Position numbers and translations under genes: made by a program
The notes under the pieces: generated by a model
Told to the model about the DNA's origin: nothing
Databases searched by the model: none
The model's input: the letters and a program-made list of their open reading frames with translations, nothing else
Assembly: GCF_964204645.1 (NCBI RefSeq)
Contig: NC_134026.1
Span: forward strand, 13,948,050 to 14,012,049
Length of the DNA stretch: 64,000 nucleotides
From: Tubulanus polymorphus
Lineage: Eukaryota; Animalia; Nemertea
Direction of reading: 5' to 3'
Shown: piece by piece, positions 53,471 through 64,000 of the stretch
Numbering within the stretch: position 1 is the stretch's first letter
Layout of the letters: each line of letters starts with the position of its first letter

Positions 53471-54399
53471 TAGTTGGCACAGTCACGTGACATTCTGATG
53501 ATGTCATCACATTTAAAACTTTGACATGAAAAGTTAACATATTCACAGACCGATATCAATTGTCAGATTATGATTCATATGAAATTAATAACTAATAAAG
53601 AATAATTTATGATCAAATATATAATTCATAGACAAAAAATGCATTTGAATGTATAAGTTATTCTCAAATATTTTTCGTATCATAGTTTCCATCTTAGATG
53701 CTTCAGGTTTGCATTCTGTCAAATAAGAAGCGTTAAGTCACGTGACTGTCTCAACTTCCGTTTCATCCCTTGTGATTTTATATAGAGCGTCACGACCGTC
53801 TGATAATGATCCTTAACGACCAATCTTTTATCGGAACTTTATAGCGGATAAATAAACAATATTGTGAAGATCAACCGATACGTAAGATTCATGTTCCGTG
53901 GCAAAAAATCATTAGGACATTTATTTTCAGACGTCACAAACACGGATGCACGATTAACTACAAACAAATAGAAAATTACCATAAATAAATTTGTATAATT
54001 ATTGACATAAGAGAATATCTTTATATTAGCAATTTACCGTAATATTTGGCTGTCTAAACCTTCAATTTAAATCTTCACCCTTTACTCAAATACAGCAACA
54101 CAACCTTACAGGTCTAAATCCATATAACAAGTGACCAAAAATCTCAATATCTGATATATCTATTGAACTATACAAATTCTCAGGCTATAGAATTACCATG
54201 ACCAGAAACCATGAAATAACAACCATAGAAATATATCAAATACAGTATACAGAATACAATAAAGCAGAATTTCAGGAATTATTCCTTACATACCCGCCCC
54301 CTAATTGAGAAACTCAATTAACATAATAACGATAATGTCCAAAAACAAAAACCTATTCTTGACTGTTAAGCACGATGAATCTAAAGTAACAAAGAGAAT

Positions 54400-57300
54400 C
54401 TAAAGTTTAATTTCATTTTCGACGAGAACGCACAGCTTATCAATAGGACGCTGAAAAATAGTACCCTTTGCCGTTCTTACTGAAGCCGAACGAACAAAAC
54501 CTTTTCGATCACGATGGACTTCTGAAATACGCGATAGAGTCCACGAGTTACGGATGGATCCATCGACGATGAAGACAATATCTCCAACACATAAGTTTCG
54601 TTTCGCAGTATTCCATTTACTGCGAATCTGCAGGAGATGCAAATACTCAGATGTCCACCGCTTCCAGAAAACATTCGCAATATGCTGAACTTGCCTCCAA
54701 CGACGTCGAGTATATAAATCGGATTTGTCAAATAGTCCGGGAGGAAAAGTAGATCCTTTGTGTAACAGTAATAGGTGATTCGGGGTTAAAGGTTGTAGAT
54801 CATTTGGATCATTTGATAACGTAGATATAGGTCGACTATTCAAAATCGACTCGACCTCACAGAACAATGTGGATAAATTATCATCATTTAGATTTGAACC
54901 TTGTTCTTTCATCAATGAAAACAAGATTTTACGGACGGAACGAATGAGGCGTTCCCATACACCTCCAAAGTGACTCGCACCTGGAGGATTAAAAATCCAC
55001 TTGACATTGTTCTGCAATAAGAAATCATGGATTTGGTCCTTATTCCAACAATCAATATTCCTCTGTAGCTCTCGATTGGTTCCAACAAAATTGGTTCCAT
55101 TATCAGATCGAATTAGACGTACATTTCCACGTCGTGCGATAAATCTGCGATAAGCGTTAATACAACCAGATGTGTCCAGAGTAGGCGAGACCTCCAAATG
55201 AACAGCCCTAGTTACCAGGCAGGTGAAGATAACACCATAACGCTTCTCAATACAACGACCCCGTTTTACCTCACACGGGCCAAAGTAATCTGTTCCCGTA
55301 TTAGTAAATGGCGGATTGTCAGGCAACAATCGCTCTTGAGGAAGATCTGCCATCTTCTGATTACAAACTTGACCACGGTACTTTTTACATAAAACACATT
55401 TCCTCGTTATATCCTTAACCAGTTGATTAGCCCTTAAAATCCAGTAACGCTCGCGCAATCGGGCTAACATTGAGCTTTTACCAAGATGCCCGACCGATGC
55501 ATGAACACTCAACAATATCAATTTCGACACATGAGAACATCTAGGCAATACAACCGGATGTCGTTGTTCATATTCAAGAAAATATGCTTTTCTCAGCCGA
55601 CCACCAACACGGATTATATCGTCTTCTAAAACAGGATCTAGTTGATACAATTGACTACCTCTGGGAATCAACTTTCTATCATTTGAACGGAGAATCACTA
55701 ATTCTTTCCTGAAATAATCTTCCTGTACGCATTTAATAATTGCCAGCTCGGCTCTTTGAAGATCATCAGTACTCAGCTTATTGGTATTCAATCGTTCAGC
55801 ATTAGCGTTTTCACCAGAAAGACGTTTACTTACTCTCAACAGCAAACAATCTTTCAACCTTAAAAACCATGCAACGGCACGTTTGAGTCTATGCCAGCTT
55901 GAGTAGTAGTTAAATAGATGTTTTATAGGATCATCATCAGAAACCGAAAGTACAGCATTAGAAGTCTTCTTCAACTCAACATCATCATCACTCAGGGACC
56001 GTAAAACACCGTGTTGACATGGCCACTCAGATATTGGCTTCCAAAGGAACTCCGGGCCGTGTAACCATACTACTGAGTTTTGTTCTATACAATCCAGTGA
56101 CAAACCCCTAGACGCATAATCTGCTGGGTTCAGATGACCATCTACAAACTTCCACTGCTGAATAGTTGAACCATCTCTAATTAAATTCACTCTATTCGCT
56201 ACGAAAGTGTGATAACGAGCAGTCTCATTAGCAATATATTTCAGTACTGCAGTGCTGTCGCTCCAAAAATATACATTTGAAACACTGTACTCCAATTCTT
56301 CCAACATCATCTTATTCATCTTAATCAGTAATGCAGCTGCAGCTAATTCCATCCTAGGAACTGTCATTTTCTTCAAAGGAGCTACTCTGCTTTTAGCAAA
56401 TATAAAACAACAATGTACTTGACCATTTTCATCTTCAAGGCGCAAATATGATACAGTGCCGTACCCAACATCACTTGCGTCCGCAAAATGATGCAGCTGA
56501 CAAGATTTCGAAGAACCATGAAACCATTGAGGTTTGAAGCATCGTGATATAGCCAACTCTTCAAGGCCAGGTAAACCTTCCTGCCATTTCTCCCAAACTT
56601 TCAGATATTTTTCAGGAATTTCTTCATCCCATGAAAGCTTCTCTCTACATAAGTCCTGTAGCAGAATTTTCACCGGCAGTACATATGGGGCAGCAATACC
56701 CAAAGGATCATAGACTGTGCTGACCGTTGACAAAATCCCTCTGCGTGTATTTGGTTGATGCTTAGAAGTTATCCTGAAGCCATAAGTGTCGTTCTCTATA
56801 TTCCAGTGGACGCCCAATGCTCTTTCTGTTGGCGAACCAAAATCTAGACTCTTCAACTCCTTGCAAGATTTAGCAAGCTCTTCTTCTGGCAAACTTTCAA
56901 TTACAGAACGATCATTACTTACAAACTTGGTGAGTCGAAAGCCCCCTTCTTTACACAGAGATATCAGTTTCATCACAAATTCTGGATTTTGACCATCTTG
57001 TACACGAGACTTCAAACAGTCATCAACATAGAAGTTTTTCAAGACTGTATTGGTAACTTCTACTTCATACTTGCTAACGTTGTCAGTGGCTGTCCGGCGT
57101 AAAGCCCAGTTAGAACAACTCGGGGATGAGATTGCCCCAAATAAGTGAACTAACATACGGAATGGTATGGCTTTCTTGTTCAAATCACCATCCGGCCACC
57201 ATAAGAATCTCAAGCAGTCTTTATCATCCGGTGCAACCCTTACTCTATAAAACATAGATTCTATATCTGCCATTATTGCGGTTCTTTCTTGTCTGAAACG

Positions 57301-60250
57301 TATCAACACACCAACCAAAGTGTTAGTCAAATCTGGCCCTTGTAACAATTGAGAATTCAAAGACACTCCACCATAAAGTGCAGGACAATCGAAAACGACA
57401 CGGACTTTTTCAGGTTTTTTGGGGTGATATACCCCGTGATGAGGTATATACCATATACGACCATTTTCCAAACGCAAATCTTCATTAGGAACCTGTTCCG
57501 CGTAGCCTTTAGCCAATATATTGTCCATAAAGACATTATAGTCATGTCGAAACTTGTCATTTTTCAACAGCTTATTTTTCAGATTTGACAGTCGTTTCTC
57601 AGCATGCCGAATATTATTGGGAAACCTCAAATTCTTGTCACGCCATGGCATTGGTAATTGGTACTGTCCATTCTCTATTTTTACATTGGACTCCATCATC
57701 GTCATAAATTTATGATCTTCAACTGACCATTGTTTTTTATCTTCAGCAATTCGCTCAGGAAAGTCAAAATCTATAGCTTCCTGAACCAATTGATCAAGAG
57801 AACTCACAGCACAGCTGATTTTGTCAACAGTGTCGGTAACTATATCATCGTCTTCATCACCAGATCTAAAAACATTCCAGGCGACCCATCCTAGTCTAGT
57901 TCTGGAAGCATGTGGTGATCCAGCAGGGCCTGTCCGTAACTCGAACGGTGTGTATGCGTAACTCGAACGGTGTGTATGCATCCGCAATATTATTGCCAAT
58001 CAACAGACCAATTTCTGCATCTATCTTAGGCAATTTAACATCACTCATGTGCGACCATTTACGGATGTCATCTTCTGTTGGCACATGCAGTGGTGAAACT
58101 GGCATCTGCTCTGTAGTATAAACAGCAGGCATGAAAACTACGTCTTCAGTTTCCAAACCTCTGACTTCTAAACAATGAACAATCTGAGTATCAAGCATTG
58201 TAGACCTCGCCATAGTGTCGAGATTCAATCTCACTTTCTTGCCAATACCGCCGATCTGCTTCAACAACGACGAAGTACAAAAAGAAATACTACTTCCAGG
58301 ATCTAGGAAGGCGAAAGTTATCACTTCTGGAATTCTTCCCTTCACTTTCACTCTAACTGGAAGTATAGCCATAGTACAGAATCCATCTGTCTTCTTTTCA
58401 CCATCATTTATGGCGCCACAGGGAATTCCATCTTTTACATCTGATATCGTGTTCTGATTCTGATCTCTTCGTGTCATAATTGCTGGGTTTTCAGGAAGTG
58501 ACCTAGAATCATCATGCAGTACACTTGGATGCAACCGTTTACATATATCACAGTTCATCTTCAATCTACAATTTCTCTTCTGATGTCCAGATCGGAGACA
58601 ACCCCAACAGAGGCCTTTTCTTTTAAGAAAAGATATTTTTTCTTCAAAGACCACATTAGACAGGTCTTTACAATCATTTAATACATGATCGCCAGCGCAG
58701 TATATACATGGTTTCTTCAATGCAAGATTAAATGAGTTTTGTTGATTCGTATGAGAAATGCTCCCCGTCTGTGCAGCAACAGTATTTCGGCTACCCTGTG
58801 ATATTCGCAGAGACTTTTTGTCTTTCTTCTGATCTAACGCAGCAGCCATCATATCTTTACCAAAAATCGGGTCGTTCACCTTTTTTGACTCCTTCCGTAC
58901 AAAACTCACTAAGGTATTCAGATTTATAGTATTACCAGCAGAGCGCGTTGTCTGTACTATAGTTCTCCATCTATCTTGAAGCGACCATGGTAATTTACCC
59001 ACCAACTTCCTCAGATTGTCAGGGTACTCAAGAAGTTTCAATGCATCTATATCTTTCACAGCATTCTCTACTTCTAACAAGAAAATCGAGAATTCGTCCA
59101 AGCCTTTACTGTTGTCTGACTTAATCATAGGCCAGTTTATAGCTTTCTTTAACAAAGCATTTGCAATGATCGCCGAGTCACCGTATCGTTCTTCAAACTC
59201 TGTAAGAACAGCTTGATATCCTCGTGTTGAACCAATATAGCTAAGACCTGTTACAATTCTATTTGCCTCACCAATTGTGAATTGTTCGAGAAAGTTTAGC
59301 CGTTCATCGTCGTCGTCCGTATTCTCAGCAATTCTAGAATTGAACTGACGGATGAAACGCCGGTATTCAAGAGGATTTCCGTCAAATTTTTTTATTTCAA
59401 CAAACGGCTTTTTGATATGCTTCACAATCGAATCTAGACCTCTTGGTTCCGCATTAACAACGCTTCCGACATCAGATGGCATGAACGTAGTAGCACGTGG
59501 ATTCAAAGGTCTGTAAGAACCATCATTTTCAGCTATTTCATTTTTCAGAAATGTAGGAAATGGTTCAGGAAGGAACGATTTATCATCAATCATTGACTTA
59601 TTCGATTCCCTATCTAAAAGTGTTTCAATCACGTTACTCTTCGCTTCACTAACTTCCAGCTGCGTATTCAAATCTAAAAACTCTTCTTGTTGTTTCAGCC
59701 GCAATTTCTCAAGCTCAAGAGTCTGTTTTTTCTTCATACTATTCAGCAAGACATTAAGCTCTGCTTTTCTCTGTTCTTCTTTCAAACGAGCAGATATTAT
59801 GGAGCTACCCTTACTCAAATCAGAGCGTACTGAACTAGCTTTTGATCTAACAGACTTCCTGGATTCAGCAGACCGTTTCGATCTTGCGAGTACCGACAAA
59901 GTATTTTCAGCCGCCATTTTGACTTGGTTGAAGTATGTATTCATCTCGTTACTTTCGACCGACAAATTCTCTTTTTCTTTAGAACTGAGTAGAAGACAGT
60001 ACTCATCTGAAACTTGCAAGAAATTCTCGTACGTCTTGATCCAGTCTTTGTATGAATTCTGGACAACATCATAGTCACTGTGCTCAATAACTGACAGAAG
60101 AGTACTAGACAGGTTGTTCAGCTTCTTCAGGAGACTTTTTCTATCTTTCAGTTTATTCTCCTTCTGGTATTCGACACCTTTTTCGGTCAGCGACCTATTT
60201 CTTGTTTCTTTTGGCCTAACATCTTGTTGGCCAGTTGCTGCTGTAGCCAT
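54400..60250 (-). CDS. BEL/Pao gag-pol polyprotein (gag with three Cys/His knuckles, protease, RT, RNase H, integrase), ~1942 aa, broken by one 22-bp duplication
   Basis: FDGNPLEY, CWGCLRSGHQKRNC, FLDPGSS, FYVDD, HHFADAS, NPADYASRG, GTDYFGP, SDNGTNF, GGVWER. The two track ORFs join once the duplicate at 57935-57978 is collapsed. Confidence 0.95.
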
Positions 60251-60361
60251 TATTACGTTAATAAAATGTGAAGATCAACCGATACGTAAGATTCATGTTC
60301 CGTGGCAAAAAATCATTAGGACATTTATTTTCAGACGTCACAAACACGGATGCACGATTAA

Positions 60362-60441
60362 CTACAAACAAATAGAAAATTATCATAAATAAATTTGTAT
60401 AATTATTGACATAAGAGAATATCTTTATATTAGCAATTTAC
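60362..60441 (-). other. Predicted 80-nt spliceosomal intron within the BEL 5' LTR (copy in the 3' LTR at 53958-54037)
   Basis: Minus strand ACG|GTAAAT...AT-rich...TTTTCTATTTGTTTGTAG|TTAATC; lies between a TATA-like ATTTAAAT (60469-60476) and a downstream AATAAA. Confidence 0.65.
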
Positions 60442-62990
60442 CGTAATATTTGGCTGTCTAAACCTTCAATTTAAATCTTCACCCTTTACTCAAATACAGC
60501 AACACAACCTTACAGGTCTAAATCCATATAACAAGTGACCAAAAATCTCAATATCTGATATATCTATTGAACTATACAAATTCTCAGGCTATAGAATTAC
60601 CATGACCAGAAACCATGAAATAACAACCATAGAAATATATCAAATACAGTATACAGAATACAATAAAGCAGAATTTCAGGAATTATTCCTTACAAATATA
60701 AACACAAGGTATTTCCGTGATATTTTGAATTTATTCGCAGTTCATATTTAGCGCCATTCTCGCGAGATTATCAATAACCCGGAAATTAAATCCAAGCCCA
60801 TCGCCAAACCCCTGTGGCAACATGCATAAAAAATGATACTATCAGACGTATTTTTTATTCTGAAGAAATCTTGTTTAAAAGTATTAGTTAAATATTAATC
60901 TACCCTGTGTTAAAAGTATCAGATGGAGAGGCCCGTGTACTTTTTCACAAAAATAGCATTTGGACCTTTCAAGGAGATCGGTGTGCAGCAAAGATATACG
61001 CGTTACCTCCGCTATGAGATTTTCAGGCAGGTGGGGAATTCGGGTCACCCGGGTCTATAGTCATGAACACTGTACTATACCATCCAGACATCCATCTAAA
61101 AGAGACCATGCACGTAGGTACCAGGTACATCGTAGCCAGGCAGCAGGCGAATAATTTGTGTCACCTGCAATGTACTGTAACCATAGAAATTTAGCACTGA
61201 GCTATGCCTTAACCAACCAACAGCTGATAGAGTTCATCAGAGCATCCAAACTTTAAATCTCCAGAAATCTATCTACTGTTTTATATGTAGTGGATGCCAT
61301 GTGTCCCTCTAATCGCCTTCATCAACACAAACATTTAACACATGTGATGATTTAGTTAGTTACCTAATCGTTGGTGGTAAGCTTTTTATAATCGGATGGG
61401 CTTATACCAACGTTAGGGATGACAAGGACCAAAACACGGTTGAAAAAAGTAACACTTCAAAAATATACTTTCTATTCACTTCAGTTCACAATGAATGGCT
61501 TAATTCACAAACTAACACAGGTACATTTCGAAATAATCCAATTCTATGTATGTTTCGAATGATTAATCAACATTATTTTGAGAAATTAATTAATTTCTCC
61601 ACAAATTTCGCCATTGGCCGCCATTTCTGTGTATTGCATACATGTGGCATGATAGACAAGGTGACCTACAAGGATTTATTTAAAACTTCCATGACGAAAC
61701 GACAATTTTTATTTTTGATGGTTTTCAAACATGTATTTCAAATCTTCGTGCTTTTGTAGCGTTTCTCTCCTGGGTAGCGTATCTTTATGTGTTTATGTAT
61801 ATAATAAATGAAATAGGCGTTTGCTACTAGGGTTCGCCCTGAGACAATATAATCGGGTTATACGAAAATTTTGAGGGAAGTAATTCCTCCTCAGGGAAAA
61901 GATATTAGTTCTCGTCGAAATTATAATCAAATAAAAATATTCAGTCTTCTCATTCCATGATCAGGGCTCGGCGTCCTCGTAGCGACTACCTGGCCAGGAT
62001 TTCGCACGGGTTCGAACGTAGTTCTCCCAACATCTACCGTTCTCTCACGTATATGACACTTTGTCATGACTACCCACGGATAAAGGCCGTCAGTCGATAA
62101 AAAGATTGAGGGTTCGAATCCTCGATTGATGGTCTTCGTCTAACTACTGCCGATACGTCCCCGATCGAACTGGTCCTCTCGTTAAGACGAATGATAATAA
62201 TTGGCACTGAGACAGAAAATAGCGGTGGAACTCCTCTCCTCGTTCAGAAAAGAAGAAAATGTAAGACTTGTATAAAATTTATCATGTCAAGAGTTGAACT
62301 CCTGAATTTAATCATTTCTCCAGTTCATAAAGTTTACACCTCGGACGCGTCTCGGTACGGTCTCGCGTCGGGAACGTCAAATTATACGAAGTCACGAAAT
62401 TACTTTAAAGTCACCTTACTCGGGCGTAGGCCTACGGTGAGAGATGAATAGAAAATTATAGCGACGATCTCAAATCATTATTCAATCGCGATCAAATGTA
62501 GAAATATATACATTTTATATACAATCGAAGCGAAATCGCTCAACCGAGAGCGAATCAATACAGTCGTAGTTGAAAATGATGTGACGATCGATACGCCCGG
62601 CAAATGATTTTACGTATGTACAAAAGTCTGCTCGACTAAACAAAACAAAATTGATTATGACTGTCCATCGTAGTGACGCTCTCGGTCGGTTGGTTTCGCT
62701 AGGATAAGAGACCGGAAAAATCAAACTCGGTCGAAATCAAACTGGGCCGGAATCAAACTCGGCCAGACAAAATCAAACTTGGTCAAGAAACGCCTCTCTA
62801 TCCTGCCTTTGGATATGGTCGTCTTGTCCAACCCGAAGGAAGAGATATATTCACTTTTTGATCGTCTGGCCAAGTTTGATGTTGACCAAGTTTGATTTTG
62901 TCTGGCCGAGTTTGATTTGTTTGGAAGTAAACAGCCACAAATTATTAATATTACAAATAACGCTGGTGTTATAAATATCTATCATAAGAT

Positions 62991-63560
62991 ATGTTGAATT
63001 GTGAATTAAATAAACAATCTTCAGAATATTATAAACAAAGGATTTACAAAGATGGTTTACGAAATATTTGTAAAACATGTTGGAAACAAAATAATGCACA
63101 ATATCGAGAAAATAACCCAGAATACATGAGAGATTGGATAAAAGATAACCGCGAACATATCAATAATTACCAAAAAGTAAAATGTAATTCAGATCAATTA
63201 TTCAAATTAAAGCATACTAACAGAACTAGTTTGAACAGAGTTTTCAGAAATTATATAAAATCTGATAGATCAATTGGTTATTTAGGGTGTTCTATAGAAT
63301 TTTTTAAATCATGGATAGAATATCAGTTCGATAATAACATGAAATTTGAGAATCATGGAGAATATTGGGAGTTGAATCATGTTATCCCATTATCATCAAT
63401 AGAAGATGAATCTGAAATAAAAACAATATGTAATTGGATGAATATTCAACCTTTATCCAAAATAGAAAATAGAATTAAACGTGATAAAATTGATAATGAA
63501 TTATATAATAATCAAATAATTAAAGCTGAAAGATTTATACAATTATGGAATATAATTTAA
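62991..63560 (+). CDS. Intronless HNH/endonuclease-VII-like protein of the type seen in large DNA viruses and Polinton-like elements
   Basis: DGLRNICKTC; YLGCSIEFFKSWIEYQF..MKFENHGEYWELNHVIP..CNWMNIQPL..EN..K. The N-terminal CxxC appears frameshifted and the usual DH is NH. Confidence 0.7.
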   Translation: MLNCELNKQSSEYYKQRIYKDGLRNICKTCWKQNNAQYRENNPEYMRDWIKDNREHINNYQKVKCNSDQLFKLKHTNRTSLNRVFRNYIKSDRSIGYLGCSIEFFKSWIEYQFDNNMKFENHGEYWELNHVIPLSSIEDESEIKTICNWMNIQPLSKIENRIKRDKIDNELYNNQIIKAERFIQLWNII

Positions 63561-63919
63561 TATCGAGAATCCGAAATGACTTATCTGGACAGTTATTTTA
63601 ACTGCTCCTATAGATAGACAAAAGTAGTGAGGTATTGAATCCTAATTCAAATAAAAAATATTTAAAAAACAATATCTTCAACTAGCCATTATTTTTATTT
63701 TTATTTCATTAGAATTCTAATAGTTCTTTTCAAAAAGAGAATACTTTATATTTTGATAAGATTTGAATGAAAATTACATATCTTCAAATAGCTATTCAAA
63801 TCTAGTTAATACTAGTACTACTAATACTACTTTTAACTTAACTAAGCTAGTATTAACTAAAGAGTTACTAGTATCATTTGAAGGTATAATATTTTTTTTC
63901 GCTTTTTTCCCTAATATAA

Positions 63920-64000
63920 ATGTCAAAGAAATTGAATAAGAATAGTATTGATATTGAAAAGACAATTGAGGATTTGGGCATTACTGGCAATAATGATACA
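63920..64000 (+). CDS. Start of a possible further AT-rich ORF running off the window (MSKKLNKNSIDIEKTIEDLGITGNNDT...)
   Basis: TAATATAAATG start context; open to the window end; only 27 codons visible. Confidence 0.35.
   Translation, partial: MSKKLNKNSIDIEKTIEDLGITGNNDT

Larger units (their letters stand above)
53863..60694 (-). mobile_element. Full-length young BEL/Pao LTR retrotransposon (6832 bp)
   Basis: 428-bp LTRs (53863-54290, 60267-60694; TGT...ACA) with one visible mismatch; 5-bp TSD AATAT; PPT AGGGGGCGGGTA next to the 3' LTR. Confidence 0.97.
53471..60816. mobile_element. Second, left-truncated copy of the P-like MITE, split by the BEL insertion
   Basis: 53471-53862 plus 60695-60816 match 48352-48862; the join is the duplicated AATAT. 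Confidence 0.88.

Noticed and set aside
53463-53471. CACAGGGGT as the intact left end of the second P-like MITE
   Set aside because: No TSD match with the right flank; it is better read as the end of the neighbouring CTTCACAGGGG element.
57896-57999. Programmed ribosomal frameshift between gag and pol
   Set aside because: The frame change is fully explained by a 22-bp tandem duplication; BEL/Pao elements normally have one ORF.

Overview
Eukaryotic, AT-rich, intron-containing DNA dominated by transposons. The repeat repertoire suggests an invertebrate animal, probably a lophotrochozoan (inference). The only clear host gene is the 5' half of a minus-strand leucyl aminopeptidase (LAP3/M17-like; five coding exons, 16127-28207); its catalytic exons are not in the window. 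Two further minus-strand exons (11873-11938, 8437-8520) look like the 3' end of an unidentified membrane protein. The rest is nested mobile DNA: the 3' half of an intron-containing Academ transposase inside an unclassified TIR element; a decayed tRNA-Phe-primed BEL/Pao element; a Sola2 element interrupted by an apparently intact multi-intron pogo (DD35D); two 6-bp-TSD hAT-like elements; P-like, Harbinger-like and Tc1/pogo MITEs; a SINE; LINE fragments; Helentron-like elements with ~145-bp satellites; a near-intact young BEL/Pao element (53863-60694); and a virus/Polinton-like endonuclease gene at the right edge. Most interesting: the young BEL element has no tRNA primer-binding site. The 12 nt at the PBS position are instead perfectly complementary to the exon-exon junction made by splicing a predicted 80-nt GT-AG intron out of its own LTR. 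This suggests splicing-linked, tRNA-independent self-priming (hypothesis, untested).
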